A stretch of DNA of 64,000 nt. It comes from an uncultured Candidatus Saccharibacteria bacterium. GTDB lineage: Bacteria; Patescibacteriota; Minisyncoccia; Phycocordibacterales; UBA5272. Numbering within the stretch: the stretch's first letter is position 1; every line of letters starts with the position of its first letter. Position numbers and translations under genes: made by a program. The stretch spans positions 47,591 through 111,590 of the forward strand of contig CAZWMQ010000002.1 in assembly GCA_964635125.1 (NCBI GenBank), given 5' to 3'. Below are positions 44,326 through 53,313 of this stretch, in pieces. The notes beneath the pieces were generated by a model that saw only the letters and a program-made list of their open reading frames with translations, searched no databases and was not told the DNA's origin.

Positions 44326-44628
44326 ATGGCCTCAACTTTAGATTTCTTGGATTATATCTTAGATCAGATTACAGATATAGATATAATAAGAACTCGGAAA
44401 ATGTTTGGAGAATATTCTCTATATTATGATAATAGAGTTGTAGCTTTGATATGTGACAATCAATTTTATTTGAAAAACACTAAAAAAGGACAAGAGTTAA
44501 TTGGTAAAGATAATCTCAGACTCGCCTCACCTTTTCCAAAAGCTAAAGATTGGATATTATTAGATGAAGAAATTGAAAATAGAGAATTATTCAATGAATT
44601 GCTATTAATAACTAGAGGTGAATTATAG
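44326..44628 (+). CDS. TfoX N-terminal-domain-like protein (competence regulator family)
   Basis: 'MFGEYSLYYDNRVVALICDNQFYLK'. Confidence 0.5.
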   Translation: MASTLDFLDYILDQITDIDIIRTRKMFGEYSLYYDNRVVALICDNQFYLKNTKKGQELIGKDNLRLASPFPKAKDWILLDEEIENRELFNELLLITRGEL

Positions 44629-44690
44629 CTTTTTTAGAAGTGGTATAATTATAATGTTATATTAATAACAATATAATAGTAATAAAAAAT

Positions 44691-44942
44691 ATGAATATAT
44701 TATTAAATTTAGTTTTTGGGGCGGTTGGTGGAAATATTTTAGGTAAAGTTATCAAATCACAAAACCTTGGCTTTGTCTGGAATACAATCCTAGGTTTAAT
44801 TGGAGGATTTATTTTAAAAGGAGTTAGTGAAAATCTAATGGGTGGAACTCTAGGTAGTATTTTAGGAGCAGCTATCGCTGGTGCTTTAATGCTTTTTGTG
44901 ATAAATCTTCTCAAAAAATTATTCTCTTCCAAAAAAGAATAA
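44691..44942 (+). CDS. GlsB/YeaQ/YmgE-family small membrane protein
   Basis: 'NLVFGAVGGNILGKVI...ILGLIGGFILKG...GSILGAAIAGALMLFV'. Confidence 0.7.
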   Translation: MNILLNLVFGAVGGNILGKVIKSQNLGFVWNTILGLIGGFILKGVSENLMGGTLGSILGAAIAGALMLFVINLLKKLFSSKKE

Positions 44943-44965
44943 TCTTTTACAAATGGGTAAAAAAT

Positions 44966-44999
44966 AAAAAACCTTTAAATATTATTTGAAGGTTTTTAT
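44966..44999 (+). terminator. rho-independent terminator
   Basis: 'AACCTTTAAATATTATTTGAAGGTT' followed by 'TTTATTTT'. Confidence 0.6.
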
Positions 45000-45171
45000 T
45001 TTGCGAAAATGCTTAAAATGTGTTAAAATCATAAAAGCTTAAAATCTATCGAGATTGAGCTATTGATTTGTTTTTTATATAAAAGATCTTTGGTCTATAA
45101 TCTAAAATATTAGAATTATAAAATAAATTTAAACCTCTTGTAGCTTGAAACTTGCTACTTGAGTCTTGAAC

Positions 45172-45243
45172 GGCCTTATCGTCTAATGGTTAGGACAGCA
45201 GGTTTTCATCCTGCAAATCGGAGTTCGATTCTCCGTAAGGTCA
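45172..45243 (+). tRNA. tRNA-Glu (anticodon UUC)
   Basis: Cloverleaf: acceptor GGCCTTA/TAAGGTC, D-arm GTC-TAATGGTTAG-GAC, anticodon stem GCAGG/CCTGC with loop TTTTCAT, T-arm CGGAG-TTCGATT-CTCCG. CCA not encoded. Preceded by five CTTGNNN heptamers. Confidence 0.85.
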
Positions 45244-45252
45244 CCTTATATT

Positions 45253-47190
45253 TTATTCCTCCCCCACCAAATCCCTCAACACTTCCTCTGGGACTTCTTT
45301 TAATTTGTTTCGTAAATTGTTTCTTTTTTCTTCCTCTATCTTAATCTTATCTTGCTTAATATCTTCAACACTCTCTTTAATATTTTCAGTCTCTTGTCTC
45401 ATCTCTACTTGATTATCTTTAATCTTTTTCTCCAATTCCTGATTATCTTCTTTTAAACTTTTAACCTTTCCATCTTCAATCTTAATAGCTTTAGCTAAAG
45501 CATCTTTTAAAGATTGATGATTAGCTTCGGACTCAACTCTTTGTTTCTCAACCCCTTTTCTTAATTTAGATAATTCAACTTCGACAATGTCGTTTTTCTT
45601 ATCATTATAATCCCTCTTAGAACGAGCCCGTTTATTCCTAAAATCATTATAACTTACTTCTTTACTCTCATTTAACTCTTGATTATTATTTTCATTTCGA
45701 CTATATTCGTAATTTTTATTTAGAGAATTATGGATATTATTATTTTGAATTATAGTCTTAGAATTATTTTGATAATTCTGATTAGTTTTATTGAAATTAT
45801 TCTTCTCAAATTGATAGTTAATCTTAGCGGGAGCATTTTGTTTTTCTAATTCTTCAATCTCTTCAATATGTTTAGTCTTTGGAACTGGTAAGAACCATTC
45901 TCTGATCTCTTCTTCCACGGCTTCCTTAGTCTTACTATAGTGATCTCTAGTATACTGAATAATATCATTAGCATATGTAATATCGCCTTTCTCAATTGGT
46001 GGGAGAGCTTTAGCTGAGAATGGTTTAGAGCCAACATTATCAATCATTAATCTCAGATAAATCTGATAAGCAGATAAATTCACAATATCATCAGCAGTAA
46101 AAACTGGAGCGAACTCTTTCTCAAATACCTCAGCATCATGAGCTCCAATTCTAAAAGTGATCATTGTTCCAACATTACCAAATACTGCCGACTTAACTTC
46201 CTCAGTCATCTGATCAATATATTGATGAGCAACGGTTAGAGCTAAATTATATTTTCTAGCTTCAGACAAAATATCGGCAAAGCTTTCGTTAGCGAAATTC
46301 TGAAACTCATCTACATAGAAAAAGAATGGTGGTAAAGTAGATAAATTATCATTCCCGGCATCGGCTCTAGACATAGCTGCTAAATATATTTTCGTAATTA
46401 ATAATGATCCTAAAAGATTAGCATTACCTTCCCCGACTTTCCCCTTTGATAAATTCACTATTAGTATTTTCCGATTATCCATTATCTCTCGTATATCAAA
46501 ACTAGTTTTCTTCTGCCCGATAATATTACGAATTAATGGATTAGATGTATATTGGCCGATCTTATTCTGTATCGCAGGGGCGGCTTCTTGTTGATATTTC
46601 TCACCGGCTTTAGCAAATTCTTCTAGCCAAAATGACTTTACTGATGGATCTTTTAAATTAGAAATCATCTTACGACGATAATCTTTATCACTTAACATAC
46701 GATTAATTCCCATTAAAGTTTCGTCATCGTTTTCAAGTAAAGTTAAAATAATATTATTTAAAATATATTGCATTCTATCGGAAAACTTATCCTCACCGAA
46801 TACTTTCTTAAAGGCCGCCATTAATCCATTAGCTACCAAATGTCGCTTATTAATATCGACTTTCTCTAAGACATTCAAAGCTAAGGGATGCTCCGTATCA
46901 AATGGAGCAAAGTAAATCACATCTTTAATCCTATGTTCTGGGACAAAGTCTAATAATTTCTCAGCAGTTCCACCATGCGGATCTAAAAAAGCTAAACCTT
47001 CGCCATTCTGTATGTCTTGAATAGCCATATTCTCAAGTAAAGTTGATTTACCCATACCGCTTTTACCAATAATATAAGTGTGTCGTGTTCTATCTTTAGA
47101 CTTAATACCAAATTTCACCATCTTATTGCGATAGTCAATATTTCCAAGATAAGTTATGCGATTAGGATCGTTCAAATCTATATCATCCAT
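45253..47190 (-). CDS. VirD4/TraD-like type-IV coupling-protein ATPase with a K/E/N-rich coiled-coil C-terminal extension
   Basis: Walker A 'IIGKSGMGKST'. Walker B 'FFFYVDEFQNF'. 'TVAHQYIDQ' motif. Confidence 0.55.
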   Translation of the reverse strand: MDDIDLNDPNRITYLGNIDYRNKMVKFGIKSKDRTRHTYIIGKSGMGKSTLLENMAIQDIQNGEGLAFLDPHGGTAEKLLDFVPEHRIKDVIYFAPFDTEHPLALNVLEKVDINKRHLVANGLMAAFKKVFGEDKFSDRMQYILNNIILTLLENDDETLMGINRMLSDKDYRRKMISNLKDPSVKSFWLEEFAKAGEKYQQEAAPAIQNKIGQYTSNPLIRNIIGQKKTSFDIREIMDNRKILIVNLSKGKVGEGNANLLGSLLITKIYLAAMSRADAGNDNLSTLPPFFFYVDEFQNFANESFADILSEARKYNLALTVAHQYIDQMTEEVKSAVFGNVGTMITFRIGAHDAEVFEKEFAPVFTADDIVNLSAYQIYLRLMIDNVGSKPFSAKALPPIEKGDITYANDIIQYTRDHYSKTKEAVEEEIREWFLPVPKTKHIEEIEELEKQNAPAKINYQFEKNNFNKTNQNYQNNSKTIIQNNNIHNSLNKNYEYSRNENNNQELNESKEVSYNDFRNKRARSKRDYNDKKNDIVEVELSKLRKGVEKQRVESEANHQSLKDALAKAIKIEDGKVKSLKEDNQELEKKIKDNQVEMRQETENIKESVEDIKQDKIKIEEEKRNNLRNKLKEVPEEVLRDLVGEE

Positions 47191-47223
47191 GACTACATTA
47201 TATCATTAATTATTTCTATAAAT

Positions 47224-47682
47224 TTAGACCAGAATTGATACTCCTTTTAATTTATTAAAATTATCTTTATTAAAATTAGACCCTCTTATATATTCAACTA
47301 CTTCTTTCACTCCAAATCTATAAGCTAAAATTACATAATCTGCTCCCTCTCTATATAACAATCTTGCTTGTTTCTCTTGATAAGCAATGCTTATAAATAT
47401 TTTATTTTTAACTTCTTCATTAATCTGTCTTTTATAAAAATGTAAAAGATTTAAATTGACTTCAAAATATGGAATGGTGGAAATAATAATCTTACTTCTT
47501 AAAATATGGTTATCTTCTAAGAAAGCAATGTTCTCAGCATCACCAACTATAGCTACCCCTCCATCTTGATTAGCTTTTTCAACTGCCTTATTATCAATAT
47601 CGATTATTAAAGTGTGGTAATTATTTTCTAATGATAATTTTAGAAAATCCGAGCTGACTTTATCGTAACCAAATATCACCAT
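47224..47682 (-). CDS. TrkA-N (RCK) NAD-binding regulatory domain protein
   Basis: 'MVIFGYDKVSSDFLKLS...VAIVGDAENIAFLE' Rossmann-like. Adjacent to the antiporter gene. Confidence 0.5.
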   Translation of the reverse strand: MVIFGYDKVSSDFLKLSLENNYHTLIIDIDNKAVEKANQDGGVAIVGDAENIAFLEDNHILRSKIIISTIPYFEVNLNLLHFYKRQINEEVKNKIFISIAYQEKQARLLYREGADYVILAYRFGVKEVVEYIRGSNFNKDNFNKLKGVSILV

Positions 47683-47685
47683 ATC

Positions 47686-48909
47686 TCACTCCACGCCCTC
47701 TTCATTGAAGAATTCTTTTTTAATTTTTCTAATTTCTAATAATTTAAGAAATGGCTTAATAAATTTATAAATCCTCTCACTATATAACAATAAATAAGAT
47801 GAAAAGCAAATTGAAACCAACATTATAATTAAGACTACTGCAAAAACTTGATTGTTAATAAAATTATAATTTTTAGCAATCACTAAAACCACTAATGAAA
47901 ATTCTGAGACTTGTCCCATCGATAACCCTGTATAGAAACTAGTCCTAGTTCGATAACCTAATAAATTCATAATCATAAAAAGAATAATTGGATGAAAAAT
48001 AATCACAAATATACTTAGAACTATAATTAAATTCCCTGAACCACTTAAACTGAAAAACTGGGCTTGGAACCCTAACAATATAAAAAATATTATAATGAAG
48101 AAATCTCGAATTGGTTTAAATCTTGAAGCAATATCTTTAGCGAAATTTAAATTCGACAAAATTATTCCAGCCAGTAAGGCCCCAATCTCAAGTGAAAATC
48201 CAAACACTTCAAATAGATAGGCATATAGAAATGAAAATGACAAAGAAAATAACAAAAGCAATTCTTGAGATCGTGAAAATAATTTCGACATCCTTGGTAA
48301 TATCCATTTACTTAATACTATATAAATTACGATTAAAACAATTATCTTAATTCCAAAACTTTTTAGTAGAGACAAGGTTCCGTCTCCACCAATAGCGGAA
48401 ATATGCTTAATTGATAAAATAATCAATAAGATTGCCGCAAAAAAGTCCTGAACTAATAAGACACCAAGCGACATCTTAGCATATAACCTCTCAATATCTC
48501 CTTTATCAGTGATGATTTTTAAAACAATAATAGTCGAAGATAAAGTTATGGCTGAGGACACTAACAAAGAAGTAGTCAAATTAAAATTAAATCCAAAATA
48601 TATAATAATAAATCCAATCACTGTAGTAATAATAATCTGAGACAATCCTAATAATAAACTCTTACCACCTTCTTCTTTAATCGTCTTTGGATTTAAATTT
48701 AAACCAATAATAAATAATAAAGCCACAATTCCAATCTTAGAAAATAATTCTAAGTTCGTAGTGTCAGTCATTAAATTAAGAAAATACGGCCCAATTAATA
48801 TTCCAACTAAGATATAACCCAATACTAATGGTAATCTAAAATAATTCACAATTAAAGCGATAATACAAGTAAAAGTTAGTAAAAAAGCTAAATTAGCAAA
48901 AATATCCAT
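47686..48909 (-). CDS. CPA2-family monovalent cation:proton antiporter (KefB-like)
   Basis: About 12 TM helices with 'LGYILVGILIGPYFLNL' and 'EIGALLAGIILS'. Confidence 0.6.
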   Translation of the reverse strand: MDIFANLAFLLTFTCIIALIVNYFRLPLVLGYILVGILIGPYFLNLMTDTTNLELFSKIGIVALLFIIGLNLNPKTIKEEGGKSLLLGLSQIIITTVIGFIIIYFGFNFNLTTSLLVSSAITLSSTIIVLKIITDKGDIERLYAKMSLGVLLVQDFFAAILLIILSIKHISAIGGDGTLSLLKSFGIKIIVLIVIYIVLSKWILPRMSKLFSRSQELLLLFSLSFSFLYAYLFEVFGFSLEIGALLAGIILSNLNFAKDIASRFKPIRDFFIIIFFILLGFQAQFFSLSGSGNLIIVLSIFVIIFHPIILFMIMNLLGYRTRTSFYTGLSMGQVSEFSLVVLVIAKNYNFINNQVFAVVLIIMLVSICFSSYLLLYSERIYKFIKPFLKLLEIRKIKKEFFNEEGVE

Positions 48910-49089
48910 AAATACAGTATTTTATATATATTATATTTTAACATGCTTTTAGGGCTATTTTGAAAGAATTAGAATATCTATATGCCCTTTTAAATTAAAC
49001 CTCTTAAAATAAGAAAGAATTTGACTTAACTTATTATATTTGTTATAATATAATAAGTAAATAAAATTCTTAATATAAAAATTTCAAAA

Positions 49090-49485
49090 ATGAAAAAATT
49101 TAAAATTGAAAGGTTTGTTAAAGACCTTTCAAATCATTTTCAGAATATTTCTGAAAATGAAGTTCATTTCGTAGATTTATTTTTCGAAAAAATCTATAAA
49201 ATGAATACTAAAGAAAAAGACCTGAGAATTGGGGTGATGGTTCCTTATAATCTTTTTAAGAATCTTGATAACTTTAGAGAAAGTTATGAAGAATTATTCG
49301 CACATGGAGAAAGAGTTGGGTTTGAATATAAAAATATATTCTTCCTACCTGTCCCTAAACCCGAAAGTTTGGAAAATAAGAAGTGGAAACCACTTCTTAA
49401 ATTTCAAAAAGGAAAATTATTTGATATCCCAAATGATGTCAAATTAAACATAATTCCACTTGACGAAGTTTATCAAGTGGAATAA
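49090..49485 (+). CDS. hypothetical protein
   Basis: ORF only. Confidence 0.3.
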   Translation: MKKFKIERFVKDLSNHFQNISENEVHFVDLFFEKIYKMNTKEKDLRIGVMVPYNLFKNLDNFRESYEELFAHGERVGFEYKNIFFLPVPKPESLENKKWKPLLKFQKGKLFDIPNDVKLNIIPLDEVYQVE

Positions 49486-49494
49486 AATTCTAAT

Positions 49495-49526
49495 AACCGC
49501 GACATATAAGTCGCGGTTATTTTTAT
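49495..49526. terminator. bidirectional rho-independent terminator
   Basis: 'ACCGCGAC-ATATAA-GTCGCGGT' followed by 'TATTTTTAT'. Confidence 0.7.
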
Positions 49527-49532
49527 AAAAAT

Positions 49533-50945
49533 TTATTTCTCTAACTTAATTCCTAACTCTTTTAAATGTTTCTGACTGGTCTTCGCTGGAGTTTGAATTA
49601 ATAAATCCTTTCCTTCCCCAGTCTTAGGAAAAGCAATTACTTCGCGAATATTAGGTTCGTTCAATAATATCATCATTAATCTATCAAATCCTCAAGCAAT
49701 ACCCCCGTGAGGTGGAGTCCCCGATTCAAAAGCTCTTAACATATGACCGAAATTATTCTCAATACTTTCCTCATTATAACCAAGTATTTCTAAAACATTT
49801 CGCAAGTCATTAGCTTTATGATTACGAATTGATCCTCCTCCGATCTCATATCCATTTAAGATCAAATCATATTGTTGAGTGTAAATATCAGCAATATTTT
49901 TCTTATTATTAACATCTTTTAATTGATTCTCTTTAGGACGAGAAAATGGGTTGTGAGTAAAAGTCCATTCTCCTTCAGCCTCTGGATCATCACTCTCAGC
50001 AGTTTTCTTAAAAAATGGGAAATCTACCACTCAAGCTAAAGCTAATAAATCTTTATCATTTTTATCTTTTCTTAGATCTGGTCTATCATTACCATATTTC
50101 TCCATGGCTTCAACATAAGTTAAGATTGGGAATGGTTTATCTTGAATCTTTTTCTCGGGAAATACATTTTCAATTAACTTTATAATTAATTCTTCGTTTA
50201 ACTTGCGAATTTCTGCTTCACTCATAAAACTAACCTCCATATCTAGCTGAGTGAATTCTGGTTGTCTATCTCCACGAGTATCTTCGTCTCGCATACATTT
50301 AGCAAATTGAAAATATCTCTCTAACCCTCCAGCCATTAATAATTGTTTATATTGTTGCGGTGATTGTGGTAGGGCATAAAATGTCCCTGGTGAGAGACGT
50401 GCTGGTACAATATAAGATCTTGCTCCTTCTGGAGTTGGATTAGTAAGAACTGGAGTTTCTACTTCTACAAAGTCCATTTTTAACAATTCACTTCTTAAGA
50501 AATTTTGAGCTTTAGATCTCATTCTTAGATTATGTTGAATTCTAGCTCGTCGCATATCTAAATACTTCTTCTCCAACCTAACTTCTTCATTAATCTCTTT
50601 ACCATCAGTAGATATATCAAAGGCGGGGGTCTCGGCTTCATTTAAAACCTTAATCTCTAAAATTTCTAATTCTAATTCACCATTAATGATGCCAACTTTA
50701 ATATTCTTCTCCGGGCGAGAATTAACTTTAGCTTTTATTTCTACTACTCATTCTGGTCTTAATTTCTCAGCTATAACTTTAGCTTCAGTCTGATTAGGTA
50801 AGACTACTCCTTGAACTTTACCACTATAGTCTCGTATATCTAAAAATATCAATTTGCCCTGATCTCTTCTTACATCTATTCAGCCTTTGACTAATACTTC
50901 TTCATTCAAATGTTTATTTAAATCTTTAATTAAAGTCCTTTCCAT
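49533..50945 (-). CDS. aspS: aspartate--tRNA ligase (4 in-frame TGA, all at conserved Trp/aromatic positions)
   Basis: TGA at 50880-82 gives 'VLVKG-W-IDVRRDQGKLIFLDIRD' (E. coli 'CGWVNRRRD'). TGA at 50748-50 gives 'LRPE-W-VVEI'. TGA at 50031-33 gives 'LLALA-W-VVDFPFF' (E. coli 'FLWVIDFPMF'). TGA at 49692-94 gives 'PPHGGIA-W-GFDRLMMILL'. Motif 2 'FQFAKCMRDEDTRGDRQPEFTQLD' is present. Confidence 0.85.
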
Positions 50946-51007
50946 ATATTTATGGATTTATTATAGCAAAAATTTTACAAGTTTAGAAATCTGCTATAAT
51001 ATAGTAT

Positions 51008-51376
51008 ATGTTTAATATATTTAATAAACCTAATAAAATTAACCCTGAACCCTATTTAAAAAATATAAATGCTTCTTCTCAATTCTTAAATTTATTAAAA
51101 AATGGAGATTTTAATCAAGCTAAAATTACCCTAGGAGAAGATAAAGATATTGAAAAAGATAAGATAATTGGAGTTTTCTTAGAAAATTTATTAAAAAATC
51201 CTGAAAAAGATGATTTTGAAAAATTATATAAATTTATTGAATCAGGTATAATTAATATAGATGAAATTAAAAATAACCGATTTATTTCTATCGTCTTAAC
51301 TAATGCTATTCAAAATCTAAAAAAAGAGAAAAATATAAATGCTGTAAGTAGGTTAAAAAACATGGGGTTAATTTAG
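51008..51376 (+). CDS. hypothetical protein
   Basis: ORF only. Confidence 0.3.
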   Translation: MFNIFNKPNKINPEPYLKNINASSQFLNLLKNGDFNQAKITLGEDKDIEKDKIIGVFLENLLKNPEKDDFEKLYKFIESGIINIDEIKNNRFISIVLTNAIQNLKKEKNINAVSRLKNMGLI

Positions 51377-51426
51377 AATTACTTAATAAAAAAGAAAATT
51401 AAAATCAAAATAAATGAAGTTAAATG

Positions 51427-51801
51427 TCATAAACTATGGCTAAAATTATAAAAAATAATATTCTTTTCTTTGTGGGCCACGATAGAAGTTATAAAACTAA
51501 CTACAGCTAGTAATAGTAGTAAAAATAAAAATATAGATAAAAATGAAAAATAATCTAAATTAGGCAACACTAATCTACTCAAATAAAAAATTAAAGTTAA
51601 CGAAGCGATCCAGTCAGCAATTCGAAAATAAATATTTTGAGAATAAGCATGATAAAAAATACTAGTCAGAAATACTAATAATAGAAATGCCGTTAGTAAT
51701 TCATCATGACGACTAATAATCATAGCTAAAACTAAATATAAAAAAGATGAATATAGGGTTACATCATAATATTTTTCCCGATTTTTAAATAAATTTTTCA
51801 T
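51427..51801 (-). CDS. hypothetical small membrane protein
   Basis: ORF with 3-4 TM helices. Confidence 0.3.
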   Translation of the reverse strand: MKNLFKNREKYYDVTLYSSFLYLVLAMIISRHDELLTAFLLLVFLTSIFYHAYSQNIYFRIADWIASLTLIFYLSRLVLPNLDYFSFLSIFLFLLLLLAVVSFITSIVAHKEKNIIFYNFSHSL

Positions 51802-51805
51802 AATT

Positions 51806-52051
51806 CTACCTGTGTGGGCAACCAGCGAAACAACATGGTCTACGCATACCAGCTAATAATTTTGACTTGGCTTTTTTAAGACGAATAATCTTAGTCTCTT
51901 CCTTTTTGGGAGAAGAGAGGTAACAAAGCCATTCATTACGAGCAAGTGGAGTTAAAGATTCTCAAATAAATAATAATTTATCATTATGACTAAGTATATC
52001 TTTAAAAGCTTGAGTTAATTTATGAACGGTTCCGCTTGAGATTTTAGACAT
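51806..52051 (-). CDS. YdeI/OmdA-like small protein (1 in-frame TGA); not in the ORF track
   Basis: Manual translation: 'MSKISSGTVHKLTQAFKDILSHNDKLLFI-W-ESLTPLARNEWLCYLSSPKKEETKIIRLKKAKSKLLAGMRRPCCFAGCPHR'. Confidence 0.4.
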
Positions 52052-52054
52052 ATT

Positions 52055-53230
52055 TTACCAAAGAGCTTGGTTAAAGTACAGTAAAGTAAGCACGAGAAGT
52101 ATGATCACTATCCCATAAATAAAGTGGAATCAATGATGTTTCTTAAACTCGGTAACTAATAGAGAAGCTATAGACAAAGTAATTATAAGAACGATAATTC
52201 TATAAAAAATATTTAACTCACCTCAAAAATTATAGATTAATTTCTGCCAGAAATTAGAATATTGTATAATCTTGATATTTTGATTACTAGCTGAATTCTG
52301 CCAATCAAAAATTGAATCTGTATTAGTAGAATCAGATAAAACTTGCTTATCGGCGACAACTATCATATTATCTTTATCTAATAAAGTTACGTATTGTCCT
52401 TTATTGATAATAGTATTCGCGGTTTGTCCAGCCGTTCCACTACTAACCTGATTCTTAGTGTAAGAATTAGAATTATCAAAAGCTTCCGTTTCCGCACCAG
52501 CGACTTCTCCATCTGTAGAATTCTTTACTGAATTATTAGCTTGTGATCCGGAGCCACTTATTACAGAAGTATTTTTAGTTAATTCTGACTCGCTTTTTGG
52601 AGTTCCAAACATTTGGACCACATAGATAGTATTATGACCATTAATCATTCCTTCTTTAGTAGTTATACCAATCTCTTTAAATTTATTATTTAAAATATTA
52701 GCTCTATGAGTCGGAGATTTAAGCCAGGCATCTTCAACATCTTGAGACTGAGTAAAGTCTATGGCTAAATTTTCTCCAGCATATTTAAAATCATATCCGG
52801 CTTGCTTAATCCAATACCAAGGAGTAACTCCGGCTGGAGAATTATGAGCAAAATACTGATGTAAAGACATGTCGTTTGCTTTTAAAGAAGAAGCTTCTTC
52901 TAATTTTGGATTTTTAATTAATGGAGATTCTCCATATTTAACTCTAGTTTCATTAGTTAGATCAATTAATACTGAAGAGACTATTTCTTGTCCTAAAACT
53001 GTTCCGTGTAAAAAATAATATCTTGTTAAAGATATGCCAATAAAAAATATAGAAACTACAGCAATCACTGATAAAGTTAATCCCCTAAGCAGAAATGGTC
53101 TGTGATTATTACTTTCAGTTGATAATAAAAAATAGCTCAATAGATTTGACTTAGATTTTTTAATTTTAGTATCTGGAATGGCTATAGAATAAATCCTATT
53201 GATTCTTTTAGTTCTTATCTTCTTTGACAT
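52055..53230 (-). CDS. CAP/SCP-domain secreted protein with an N-terminal TM and a C-terminal double-TM anchor (2 in-frame TGA)
   Basis: CAP domain 'TNETRVKYGESPLIKNPKLEEASSLKANDMSLHQYFAHNSPAGVTPWYWIKQAGYDFKYAGENLAIDF...WLKSPTHRANIL'. The track ORF continues through TGA at 52223-25 and 52105-07 to TAA at 52055-57. Confidence 0.55.
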
Positions 53231-53313
53231 AGACCTATTTTAACACAAAAAACCATCTTTTTTATTTAAAGATGGTTTCTATTATATTTATTTAATTTTA
53301 TATTAAATAAATC

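Noticed and set aside
45159-45344. 61-aa plus-strand ORF
   Set aside because: It overlaps tRNA-Glu and the 3' end of the VirD4-like gene, so it is spurious.
49533-50945. UGA = Gly (table 25, SR1/Gracilibacteria-type) instead of Trp
   Set aside because: Every TGA I could place in a well-conserved motif (AspRS x3, M23 WP, S1 NPW/SW, LepB SRxWG) sits on a Trp or aromatic column, never a Gly column. A final call needs genome-wide statistics and the UCA tRNA.
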